A stretch of DNA of 24,270 nucleotides from a virus (taxonomy: Duplodnaviria > Caudoviricetes): positions 1 to 24,270 of IMG/VR virus record IMGVR_UViG_3300036987_000184; one strand, given 5' to 3'. The notes beneath the pieces are model-generated. The model did no database searches and had not been told where the DNA came from. It was given only the letters and a program-made list of their open reading frames with translations. The position numbers and the translations under genes are program-made. Of this stretch, positions 1 through 8,992 are shown one piece after another. Position 1 is the first letter of the stretch; the number at the start of each line of letters is the position of its first letter.

Positions 1-464
1 TCCGAGAGACCCAATCGGTCCTGCCAGTATATCAGCTCAGCCGCGACCGCCCGTGGCCGCCGCCGCCGGTAAGTCGGCTGGAGCTGCCGGGAGGCGCAGT
101 ACGTGCAATCCAGGGGGCAGCCCCGGGAGGTGAGGATGGGGATAAAAGACGGTTGGTCCAGGAGGTCCAGGGCCGGGTAGGGCCGGGAGTCCAGGTCTTC
201 CAGGTCTGGGACGGTTGTCCCCGGCGGCGCATAACCGGTAGCCTCCGCCAGGATTGCCGAAATAGCATCTTCTCCCGGCCCGGCCACAACCCGGTCAGCG
301 CCGCTGTGTTGTTGGGCGTGCTCCGGGCACAGGGTGGCGTAGATTCCCCCCAGGATGACGGGAGTCTCAGGGAAGCGCTCCCGGGCCAGGCGGATGGCCG
401 CGGCCACCCCCGGGTACCAGTAGGTCATGAGCGAGGTCACCAGGATGGCGGCGGGGGTGGGGAC
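1..464 (-). pseudogene. 5'-truncated B12-binding-domain radical SAM protein (host gene, interrupted; runs off the left edge)
   Basis: Not in the ORF track. Manual minus-strand translation gives (V)PTPAAILVTSLMTYWYPGVAAAIRLARERFPETPVILGGIYATLCPEHA...PILTSRGCPLDCTYCASRQL..., with a CxxxCxxC motif at 96-119 and the 'VILGGIYAT' segment of a cobalamin-binding domain. There is an in-frame TAG at 465-467 and the N-terminal part of the B12 domain is absent. Confidence 0.85.
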
Positions 465-507
465 CTACAGCGGGACGCGATAATTGGATACGTGGGGACG
501 CGATAAA
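458..507 (+). repeat. Candidate prophage terminus with repeated transposase-binding-like sites
   Basis: GGGACGCGATAA at 472-483 and 495-506 (23-nt spacing). GTGGGGAC at 457-464 and 492-499. Candidate terminal TG at 458-459. Confidence 0.6.
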
Positions 508-725
508 TAGGTTAAAAAAACGTGAGAGAAAAAGCTAACAGATGTATGATTATGGGTATAGAAATGGTGGTTTTGAGGGGTAGGTAAACCCAGTACCTCG
601 CCCCTGTTCGGCCCGCCTGAGGCTTCTCAGAAGGGCCGATATTAGGGAAATGTCAGAATTAAGATATGGCCTCAAGTCGGTGCGTTTAATGCCGGAGCAT
701 GGTAATTACCTATTGATAAGCCTCA

Positions 726-2906
726 TTAATTAAGCCACATATTAATCTGCACATCGTCAATATAAGTCTCTCCATTACCATCGCTGGCCGCAGTGCCCAC
801 CTTGAACTTAAAATAAGCCGAAACAGCACCGGCGGGGGCGGGATAATATGCAGTAATCCATAGCTGCGTCCAGGTGTCATAGTGAGTGGTGGCTTGACTA
901 AGATCAATGACGTTGGAATAATTGGGAATTTCTGACCCATCCGCCGCTAAATAACCGGCCTCGATGCGGAAGGTGTCTGTAGAGGTGGAAAAGTCCTGCT
1001 TGATCCAGAAAGACATCCGGCCCCATTCTCCAACCCGGCAGGGAATAGAGCGTATGATCTGCGTTTGATTGCCAACCGTGGGGGCAAACTTGAGAGATTT
1101 GGCCCCGCCATGATGCTCTGTTGCATCCAGGGCCGGGGCAGTGTACCCCGCTCCACTTGAAGCAGTCCAGTCGGTAGTATAGGCAGTTTCAAATCCACCA
1201 TCACTCAAGTAATTCAAATGAGAGGAAAGCATAAGCCGCGCAGTGGGTGTATCAGTTAATCCAGCACTTGTCATATACGGGCGCAAACCCCTAAACTGCA
1301 CAGCACCCGTGTAATCGGTCACTTTAATTACGTCTTTTACGCCATAGTTTGCGGATGTGAAGGCTGACATTAAGGTTCCATCTAAAACAATCCCCTCAGA
1401 ACCACATTGATCTGCTAACCCAATCTCATAGGTTTTAGGGGTGGCACAAGTATTCACTATTATGCCATTTTTCAGCACAAGTGAGGAGGAACTACCAGAA
1501 CACTTTAGCCAGTAAGTAGTATCAGTATTGCTTTCAATAAACGGATTGTTTAGTGTTACCCTTGCCGACCCGGCCGCATAGACCGCCTGTGTGGTATAAT
1601 CAATGTGACAGTCATTCAAAGTCCAATGACCACCATCACTGGCGTAGAATCCATAAGTGGAATTGAAAAAGAGGGACTTATCGAATGTAATCGTTTCACC
1701 ACCATGAGCTGCCTTAACGGCATATACTGAATCGTAAAAAGCGCAATCGCGGAAAGAGGAGCCATAGATATATGACGGCAGGTCTAAATTAAGGGCAATA
1801 TTGAATCCGTGCGCCACTACATTATATAACCTTAACCCGGAAATCTCATAAGACCCATTAACTTCTAAACCCACGCAGGCAGCATAAGTGGTCTTATCAC
1901 CCTCAATCTCGAATCCCCCACTTCTGCGCTTGCTCCAGGGGTAAAAGACATTAGCCGTGGCGCTGCCATTACTCGCTTGAATAGCAATCCCAGAATTGCC
2001 AGTAGCATCAAACTTAGCCCCATTACCCCGGAGATCACACTTACTAACGTCCCATAATACCGTTGTGGCTATGGTATAGGTCTGACTTCCCAGGTCTACC
2101 ACGCCAGCCCCAGAAGCCAGGGCAGCATTGACCGAGGCGGTGACGTTAGTTCCCCACCACTGCGGATAAGCCGTTTCCGTAACTGGAAGCGCAACCGCCC
2201 CCGTGCCCGTGCAGGAGAAAACTTGCCACCGCCCGGCCTCCGGAGCCACATTGAGGGTCAGGGTCTTGGTGTCGGCAATTTCCAATATGGCCCCGGGAAC
2301 AATATTCACCGGCACGGTCATAATCAGATTATCGGATATCGGCCAATTGCCAGGGGTGACGAGGAGACGCCGCCCAGTAATATTAGCCACCCCGGCGGCA
2401 GCCGAAAATAACGCCCAGGATGGGGCGCCATAATCACCGGTGACAATATCCCCAGAACCGTATGTGTTGATGCCGTTGCGGGCGGCATAATAAGACACTG
2501 CCGCCAGGTTGGCGGTGAGGTTGGCCGTGTTGACCACCACCGTGGAGGTGGGGGCGGCATAGGTGCAGGAAGCCACGGTATTGGGTTTGAGACCGTCAAC
2601 GCCGCAGTCGGCCACCAGGCGCTTACCGGTGGTTAAAAGGGTTCTGAAATCCCCGGCCAGGGTGAAGGTGTGGTTATCGCTAAACGTGGGGGTAGTTTGG
2701 ATCAGCGTCAGGGCATCAACGCTGACAATATAGTTGGCGACCAAATTTCCGAGGCCAGCCACTGCATCCATAAAATTATTGATTTTGGTTTGCCAGCGCG
2801 ATTCGCCAAAAATTAGGTGATAGGGGGAGACATCCAAGCCCCTGGCCGGTAGGGCCAGACCGACGGCCAGGATGCAAATGATGACTATCTTAGCTAATTT
2901 ATTCAT
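726..2906 (-). CDS. Tailspike / receptor-binding depolymerase-like protein (beta-helix plus C-terminal CBM-like domain) with N-terminal signal-peptide-like sequence
   Basis: Last tail gene. Fibre-type N-terminal segments (GESRWQTKINNF..., EAGRWQVFS...AYPQWWG), parallel beta-helix-like middle (TASVNAALASG...VDLGSQTYTI, repeated short beta strands), CBM4/9-like end (NYLSDGGFE...GAKSLKF...YIDDVQI). AAGGAG RBS 7 nt before the ATG. Confidence 0.75.
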   Translation of the reverse strand: MNKLAKIVIICILAVGLALPARGLDVSPYHLIFGESRWQTKINNFMDAVAGLGNLVANYIVSVDALTLIQTTPTFSDNHTFTLAGDFRTLLTTGKRLVADCGVDGLKPNTVASCTYAAPTSTVVVNTANLTANLAAVSYYAARNGINTYGSGDIVTGDYGAPSWALFSAAAGVANITGRRLLVTPGNWPISDNLIMTVPVNIVPGAILEIADTKTLTLNVAPEAGRWQVFSCTGTGAVALPVTETAYPQWWGTNVTASVNAALASGAGVVDLGSQTYTIATTVLWDVSKCDLRGNGAKFDATGNSGIAIQASNGSATANVFYPWSKRRSGGFEIEGDKTTYAACVGLEVNGSYEISGLRLYNVVAHGFNIALNLDLPSYIYGSSFRDCAFYDSVYAVKAAHGGETITFDKSLFFNSTYGFYASDGGHWTLNDCHIDYTTQAVYAAGSARVTLNNPFIESNTDTTYWLKCSGSSSSLVLKNGIIVNTCATPKTYEIGLADQCGSEGIVLDGTLMSAFTSANYGVKDVIKVTDYTGAVQFRGLRPYMTSAGLTDTPTARLMLSSHLNYLSDGGFETAYTTDWTASSGAGYTAPALDATEHHGGAKSLKFAPTVGNQTQIIRSIPCRVGEWGRMSFWIKQDFSTSTDTFRIEAGYLAADGSEIPNYSNVIDLSQATTHYDTWTQLWITAYYPAPAGAVSAYFKFKVGTAASDGNGETYIDDVQINMWLN

Positions 2907-2916
2907 GATCTACTCC

Positions 2917-3858
2917 TTATAAAGACTCAATAAAATTGATCTCCAGGTCGGAGAAATCTTTGCCCCATTGATTCAGTTCGGGAATCTCGTTAAATCGGCC
3001 ATAGAGAGTGGTGAAGTGCCGCGAGGAAACGCCTTCGGGGATGGGATCTATAACCCAATCGCTGCTTTTACCCATTTTCATGACCATGAAAAAAAAGCGC
3101 CAGTATTTGTCTTCCGTGCTGAAACGCTCGTTCCAGCCCAGGCGCAGGGTGCGCTGAAACGCCCGTTTATCCGTCCAGGGCGTGCCGCCGGGGTTATAGT
3201 TGATCACGCTGTCATCCAAGCCGCTCAGGCCGAAGGGGTAGGCCCAGTCATACTTATACTCGTCAAAATAGGTGAGAAAAATACGGCCCACCTGGAGAAA
3301 ACCATCAGGGTTACCCGGATCGTTGATCGAGAGCTTCCAGAAGCCCTTGGCCTCCAGGGTGCTGCCGAGATAAATGACTCGAATGGGGTTGGGGGCATAC
3401 CAGGCGCGGTGGCAGTCAAAAATCACCCCGCCTGCCCCCGGGGGCCCGCCGGCTCCGCCCTCGCCGGCCCCGATGATATCGGGCCAGGCGGGGTTGGTCT
3501 CCGAGAACTCCGGGGTGGCCTCCATCCACCCTCTCCCCTCAAACCAACCATCCTCAAACCAGCCGCCAGCGGAGAGGCCGGTCTCCACGGTCACCGTGGC
3601 GCTGCGGGTGAGGTTATGGTTGACCAGCACCAGGGCGCTCACCGGCGGGCGCACGTCCTCCGGGTCGCTGGGTGTCCCAAAATCGGCAATCAGATATTCG
3701 CCGGTTCGGCCGGTGGTGCGCCAGACCCGTTGCCGCACCGGATCCTGGACGTTCCGGGCCGGGAGAGTCGCCACTTCGCTGGATGGCGTTAGTGTGGCGG
3801 CGTCGAAGAAGCGGTTATCCCAGATTGCTCTGAATCTTTTCATAGGCGTCATGGTCAT
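2917..3858 (-). CDS. Tail-tip protein (distal-tail/Dit-like)
   Basis: 313-aa ORF tightly packed in the tail operon. Motifs LPARNVQDP..RVWRT, ALVLVNHNLT, DPGNPDGFLQVGRIF and RTLRLGW resemble siphovirus tip proteins. Confidence 0.55.
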   Translation of the reverse strand: MTMTPMKRFRAIWDNRFFDAATLTPSSEVATLPARNVQDPVRQRVWRTTGRTGEYLIADFGTPSDPEDVRPPVSALVLVNHNLTRSATVTVETGLSAGGWFEDGWFEGRGWMEATPEFSETNPAWPDIIGAGEGGAGGPPGAGGVIFDCHRAWYAPNPIRVIYLGSTLEAKGFWKLSINDPGNPDGFLQVGRIFLTYFDEYKYDWAYPFGLSGLDDSVINYNPGGTPWTDKRAFQRTLRLGWNERFSTEDKYWRFFFMVMKMGKSSDWVIDPIPEGVSSRHFTTLYGRFNEIPELNQWGKDFSDLEINFIESL

Positions 3859-3859
3859 G

Positions 3860-6649
3860 TTATCGCCACAAGTTCATAATCGTCTCGGAGGCGGTGTAAT
3901 TTTCCTCTTTTCCGGCGATGGCATAAACCTGCCCCACTACCTCCCCATACCGGGATCGCCGCACAGAAACCGGCTGCCATATATCCAATAGGAAAGGCTG
4001 TGTTTTGATGACAACCTTGATATTCGGGTGTTTTGTTTTTAAGAGTTCAAGGTTTTTAGCCGCCAGGGCCTTGGCTTCGTCCCGCAATACCAGGCAGGTA
4101 TCCAGCGGCCCCAGATCCCCGGCCCAGGGATAGTTGCTCAACACGGTTTCATCCCGGGCCGATACCTGTCTAAATTCTCTTTCGAGCCAGGCCAGGCGCT
4201 CCTGGCTGGGCGCATTGGGGGGATTGTTCTCCGGATTGTAGTTACGATCATAGTGCAGGTAAACCCGGCGATAGAGGTCATCGTCCCCGTCTTCCCCTTC
4301 CGGGGCCTGTTGCAAATCAACATCGGTCAATTCCAGGACCGGCTCCCCGGCTGGCGGGGCCAATTCGGCGATGAAGAATTTACCGGCCTGTGTCATGGTA
4401 TAGAGCGCCGGAATTCCGGTGAGGAGCTGATCGATAATCGAGGCAATATCGGTGGGTGATCCAACCACCAAGGCCGCCTGATAGGGGATGGCGGCATTGA
4501 AGGCGGTCAGGGCCGGCAGGTCGAAGTCGGCGTCGGTCCAACCCCGCCAGACTTGCGGCAAGGCCCGGATCATCTCCCCGATTTTATCGGTATAACCGAT
4601 AGCCGGGGTAACCAGGCCCAGGACGTCAACAGTGATGGTGCCGCTGGTAATTTGCAAGGCGAAGGCTACTGTTGACCCAAGGATGAAGTTCCAGTTATCC
4701 CCCAGGGCAAAGTCGTCCGGAGAGGAGAGAAAGCGGGCCTCATCCACTCCTTGGGCCAGGGCAGTGGCCCGGTCGATAAACTGCACCGACACCCCATCCG
4801 CCAAGGGAATGGGGATTTCCTTAAACCCCCAGGCCCAGGCATCATCAACGATAAAGGCCGAAACATAATAGGGAATATTAACCCAGGCATCACCCAAGTC
4901 ATACTCATCGGCGGGACCGCCGGGCGCCGTGAACTGCACGCTCAACCCGGTGAACAATTCTATGGGGTTGGTATCAGGGATGCTGAAGTTAATATGCCAG
5001 CCGCCGGAATTATACTGCCATTTGAAGGTTACAGCTCCCCCGACATTTCCCGGATTGTCGATTATCACCTCAAGTAAGGCCGCATCATAGGCTGGATCAA
5101 TTGATGCGATGCTCATTGCCCCCGGCGCCGTGCCGACTCTGACCCACTGGGGATCATCATACCAAACGCCGCTGCCGGAAAATGCGGCGCTGAGGCCCCG
5201 GTTCAAGGCCACGGGAGTATTTTCAATGGCCGGAAGGTCGACCGCCGAGGAACTTTCGCCGGCATCCCCGGCGTCGTAGTCATCTGTTCCGCCTAGGCCC
5301 GGGGCGGTGAATTGAATGGAAAACCCGGTAAACAGCTCTATGGGGGAGGTATCGGGAATCTGAACATTAGTAGTCCAGGTGGCGCCTCCGTCACGGGACC
5401 ATTTAAACCGCACGGCGCCGCCGACATTGCCCCCGGTGGTGATCTCCCATAATACCGAATCCCCGGGGTTATAGGCCGCCACGCTGGAAACGCCCGGCGC
5501 CGCCGCTATGGGGGTCCAGGTAGAGGAATTGAGCGGAAGCCACGTGTCTCCGTTATCATCGGACCAGATAAACTGCGGCGGGATCACATCCCCAATATCG
5601 CCCGGGCGGGTAATTTTGATCTTATAATTGAGCTTGCAGTCGCCGGTATATTCCCCGGAGACCGCCATAACCCCGGCGCCCACCGCCGGGCTTTTAACCA
5701 GGGTGGTGCTGTCATAACCCAGCTTCCAGGTGAGCAAATTTTCGCCCCGCCAGGCGGCATCGCCGGTCAGCTTCCACCTAAACCTGGCCAAACCCACCGC
5801 CGGGCCGGAATTCCCCTGGCTGTTCAAGGCGGTGATGGAATCAATCTCAACCAACCACTCGGCGACCGACAATGCCCCGGTATAGGGGCCGAATACATCC
5901 AGCACCGCCGAGCCTTCGCCGTCTTTGCGGGCCGGCAGCACGTCCTTCTGGACAAAGGAGATGGCGCCGGAACTCAGGAGAGCATTGCTCCAATAGGCGT
6001 TCAGCACGTCATGCAGAACATGGCAGCAGAGGGCATATTTCCAGGGATAACCCCCAGGACTGGCTGATGTGATGAGTGTGGGTTTATAATTTTTCGCGGC
6101 CCCCATAACCAGAGGCACCGCCGCATCCCAACTGTCTTCAACCACCCGGGGGGATTCCGGCAAGGCATAATCGGGCATTTTTTGATTCAGGTCTTGGGCC
6201 TTGTCATATACCACCGCTTGCATTGAGGTGTCGTCAAAGGAATATTTATCCAGGCGCCCGGTGAAGATGGTCATGAAATCGGCATAGGCCCAGGCCGGAT
6301 CGCCGACCTTGATGGTCAGGGGCTGCCCCCGGAAATTATAGGCCGATGACAGCAACTCCAGCCAGTTGACGCTATTCTGGGCATCCGGACAGTAATCCGG
6401 TTCCAACTGTAGTTCCAATTCGCCCCAGGTGGAGACCCGGTTGGGGTTGAGGATGCCGTTGGCCTGGCGGATGAGCCGGGGCAACCCGATGGTGCAGCCC
6501 AGGTAGAAGCGGGTTTCCAGGAGGATATTCTGGCTGGCCAGATAGAGGGGCAGTATGGCGCCGTCGCTGAGCCGCCGGACGCTGGTCTCCACCAGATAGA
6601 CTTTTTCGGTGTCCGATTTCTGGGCCCAAACAGTGAAATTGACGCTCAT
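3860..6649 (-). CDS. Large tail-tip/hub protein with four internal homologous beta domains
   Basis: 929 aa directly after the tape measure. Hub-like N-terminus (IFTGRLD..SFD...VYD; VPLVMG) and C-terminus, with an internal repeated module EI...G.VG...FKWS.DGG.TW...PI.L..G.S.QF...DD(Y/F)..GD.W. Confidence 0.65.
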   Translation of the reverse strand: MSVNFTVWAQKSDTEKVYLVETSVRRLSDGAILPLYLASQNILLETRFYLGCTIGLPRLIRQANGILNPNRVSTWGELELQLEPDYCPDAQNSVNWLELLSSAYNFRGQPLTIKVGDPAWAYADFMTIFTGRLDKYSFDDTSMQAVVYDKAQDLNQKMPDYALPESPRVVEDSWDAAVPLVMGAAKNYKPTLITSASPGGYPWKYALCCHVLHDVLNAYWSNALLSSGAISFVQKDVLPARKDGEGSAVLDVFGPYTGALSVAEWLVEIDSITALNSQGNSGPAVGLARFRWKLTGDAAWRGENLLTWKLGYDSTTLVKSPAVGAGVMAVSGEYTGDCKLNYKIKITRPGDIGDVIPPQFIWSDDNGDTWLPLNSSTWTPIAAAPGVSSVAAYNPGDSVLWEITTGGNVGGAVRFKWSRDGGATWTTNVQIPDTSPIELFTGFSIQFTAPGLGGTDDYDAGDAGESSSAVDLPAIENTPVALNRGLSAAFSGSGVWYDDPQWVRVGTAPGAMSIASIDPAYDAALLEVIIDNPGNVGGAVTFKWQYNSGGWHINFSIPDTNPIELFTGLSVQFTAPGGPADEYDLGDAWVNIPYYVSAFIVDDAWAWGFKEIPIPLADGVSVQFIDRATALAQGVDEARFLSSPDDFALGDNWNFILGSTVAFALQITSGTITVDVLGLVTPAIGYTDKIGEMIRALPQVWRGWTDADFDLPALTAFNAAIPYQAALVVGSPTDIASIIDQLLTGIPALYTMTQAGKFFIAELAPPAGEPVLELTDVDLQQAPEGEDGDDDLYRRVYLHYDRNYNPENNPPNAPSQERLAWLEREFRQVSARDETVLSNYPWAGDLGPLDTCLVLRDEAKALAAKNLELLKTKHPNIKVVIKTQPFLLDIWQPVSVRRSRYGEVVGQVYAIAGKEENYTASETIMNLWR

Positions 6650-6652
6650 GGC

Positions 6653-8983
6653 TTACCGCCGCCCGGCATGGACGTTGATCTCGCCGTGTTTTATGCCCTC
6701 GGTGGCCAGGTCGAAAAACATGGTCTTGTTTTCTTTCAGGATGGTGCGGCCGTCCGGGGTGACTACCGTAATGGGGAATTTGGCAATTAGATGTGACGGC
6801 CCGGACGGCCCGCCGCCCGGAGCGGCCACGGCCCGGAGCTTCTCCGGCCAGTCGGCGGGCAGGATTTTCTCATCCTTATGCACCATCGCCAGGGTGTCGT
6901 GGGGCACATCCCAGCCGCCCGCCGCCGAGGCCAGGACCCCGAATGACGCCGCCAGGGCCGCGGCTGCCGCGCCAACCCCAGGAGCCACGGCGACATTGAT
7001 GGGAAACGGCAGGGCCACCATGACCGAGGCCACGCCGGCGGCCCCGGCGATGCCGCTCTGGGCGGCGATTTCTGACAAAGCCATTTCTTTATCCGCCGCC
7101 TCTCCAAAGACCAGCATCATGATCTTGGCGGCGATCCATTGCAGGGCCATTTCCAGAAACATCCCCACCAGGGAGGTCAGGACGCTTTGCCAGATATTTT
7201 TGATGGCGTCGGCCAGGGTGGTGGTGCCGATGATAATGCCCTGCGCCGACATCTGGAAGGCCTGGCTCACCGCACTCCAGACCTGGCCCCATTGCGCCTT
7301 GATGGCCTGGGTGATTTCAAAGTCCGCCTTTTTCATGTCGAGGGCGTGCTTCTTTTTAAGTAATTCGATGTCTTTTAGGTGTTTTTGATAGGCTTTCAGA
7401 TCGCCTTTGTCTGCTATGGCTTTGTTCTGCGCCGCCTGCAAATCTGCTAAGTGTTCGTCTTGTTTTAATTTCTTATATTCCCGCAATTCCTGCACCCGGC
7501 TCATAGCCCCCATCTTGGCCAGGTGGGCGATATTTTCCCGCTTCATTTCTATATTTAGTTTGTCGAGCTGGTTTTCATGCTCAATTAAGGCCATCTTGTC
7601 CTTAATTCCATCCTGACCGGCCTTGAATTTGCTCTTGATGAGGTCAATTTCCGACTGCAAGCGGAGCTTATTTTGCTGTTGCTCCAGGGTGATGATCTTG
7701 TGCTGCACCTCCTGGTAATCCTTGGTGCCTTCACCGGCGAGCAAAAGTTTGCCTTTCCAGTAGTCGGCCTCAGCCTTGAGGCGCACAGCCTCGCTGTCCC
7801 GTTCCCGGGATTTGAGGGCCTCCAGCTCTTCCTGGGTGGCTGTCTCTCCGGTGGCCAGCTTCTTGGCCCAGAAGGCCTTTTCCATTTTCAGGCTCTGGGA
7901 CTGGAATCTCTCCTCGGCCGCCTTCATCTGCTCCAGTTCGGCCACCCACTGCTGCACCAGAGATGCGCCGCCGCCGCCCTTGCCCCCGCCGCCCCCGGTG
8001 CCGGTTTTGGAAGATTCGTAAGTTGCACCCGGTTTCCCAGGTTCTGCCGGTTTTGGGTATGTTAATTTTTTAGCGGCATCCGGAGCCAGGCCGCCCAAGA
8101 TGGCTATACCTGCCTCGGCGCTCGATTCCGCTATCATCATTTTTCGGAATTGATCAGTTACCCAAATAACGGCGTAGCCAAGGGACGTCAGGGCGGGGAT
8201 AGCTACCTCGCCGATTTTATACTTCATGGCATCGAATTGGAGGTTGACATCAAACAGCCCTTCTTTAAATTTCTTAGCCTTGTCGGCGGAAACTTCATCA
8301 AATGATAGGCCTAATTCCTTTAATTTTTGGCTTTGTTTTTCTATTGCCTCGGTAGTAACGGTCAGTTGTCTCCCGCTAATTTGCGCTCGCATGCCAAAAC
8401 CATCCATCGATGCCTGAGTGCGGTCATGACCTTCCTTATATTTACTCAGCGCCTCAAGGACTTTTAAATAGGTTTTTTCCAGCCCCTCATTAATGTCGAT
8501 ATTGACACCGACCTTGGCGCCCATAGCGACCATAGCGTCGCCGCCGGTGCGCATTTGTTTTTCCAACATTCGGAGCTGCTGGTTGAGCGTGTCGCCATCC
8601 ACTCCGGCCCGCTTAAAGGCGAATCCAAAGGCGGCAGCCTCCTGCATGCCAACGCCCAGGACATTAGAAAGTTTTTTGACCTCGGCATTGAGGCTGACAA
8701 ACTCTTCCACCGATCCCTTAAACAGTGCTCCGCCAGCTAAAATAAGGCCGAGCCCCGCCGCCACCTGGCCGACGAGGGCCAAAGAGCTGCTCACGCCAGC
8801 CAAAGAACTCTGGACCGCGGACTGCATCTGCTTCATGCCGCCGGTGACGCTTTGCCCCATCCGGTCAAAGGGCGTCTGCATGCCCTGCACGCCCTGCTTT
8901 ACCGTCTGTTCGGCCTGGGCCATGCCGGTCTTGAGTTCGCCGGTAGTGGCCCCTACTTTTACGTCAATCCGGTCGTCAGCCAT
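6653..8983 (-). CDS. Tail tape measure protein
   Basis: 776 aa, Ala/Gly/Lys/Glu-rich and helical. N-terminal MADDRIDVKVGATTGEL, C-terminal ASAAGGWDVP...AMVHKDEKILPA. Follows the chaperone pair. Confidence 0.9.
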   Translation of the reverse strand: MADDRIDVKVGATTGELKTGMAQAEQTVKQGVQGMQTPFDRMGQSVTGGMKQMQSAVQSSLAGVSSSLALVGQVAAGLGLILAGGALFKGSVEEFVSLNAEVKKLSNVLGVGMQEAAAFGFAFKRAGVDGDTLNQQLRMLEKQMRTGGDAMVAMGAKVGVNIDINEGLEKTYLKVLEALSKYKEGHDRTQASMDGFGMRAQISGRQLTVTTEAIEKQSQKLKELGLSFDEVSADKAKKFKEGLFDVNLQFDAMKYKIGEVAIPALTSLGYAVIWVTDQFRKMMIAESSAEAGIAILGGLAPDAAKKLTYPKPAEPGKPGATYESSKTGTGGGGGKGGGGASLVQQWVAELEQMKAAEERFQSQSLKMEKAFWAKKLATGETATQEELEALKSRERDSEAVRLKAEADYWKGKLLLAGEGTKDYQEVQHKIITLEQQQNKLRLQSEIDLIKSKFKAGQDGIKDKMALIEHENQLDKLNIEMKRENIAHLAKMGAMSRVQELREYKKLKQDEHLADLQAAQNKAIADKGDLKAYQKHLKDIELLKKKHALDMKKADFEITQAIKAQWGQVWSAVSQAFQMSAQGIIIGTTTLADAIKNIWQSVLTSLVGMFLEMALQWIAAKIMMLVFGEAADKEMALSEIAAQSGIAGAAGVASVMVALPFPINVAVAPGVGAAAAALAASFGVLASAAGGWDVPHDTLAMVHKDEKILPADWPEKLRAVAAPGGGPSGPSHLIAKFPITVVTPDGRTILKENKTMFFDLATEGIKHGEINVHAGRR

Positions 8984-8992
8984 TGGGAAGCT

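Noticed and set aside
32-506. Track ORFs 32..289 (-) and 153..506 (+)
   Set aside because: Shadow frames of the radical SAM coding sequence, which has clear motifs in another frame.
505-565. AT-rich stretch as a promoter or IHF site
   Set aside because: No properly spaced -35/-10 pair and no good WATCAR-N4-TTR match; cannot be supported.
4920-5360. DNA similarity between D3 and D4 as a possible DGR template/variable repeat pair
   Set aside because: Mismatches are of all types and mostly synonymous, not adenine-specific. Both copies are coding and no reverse transcriptase is present.
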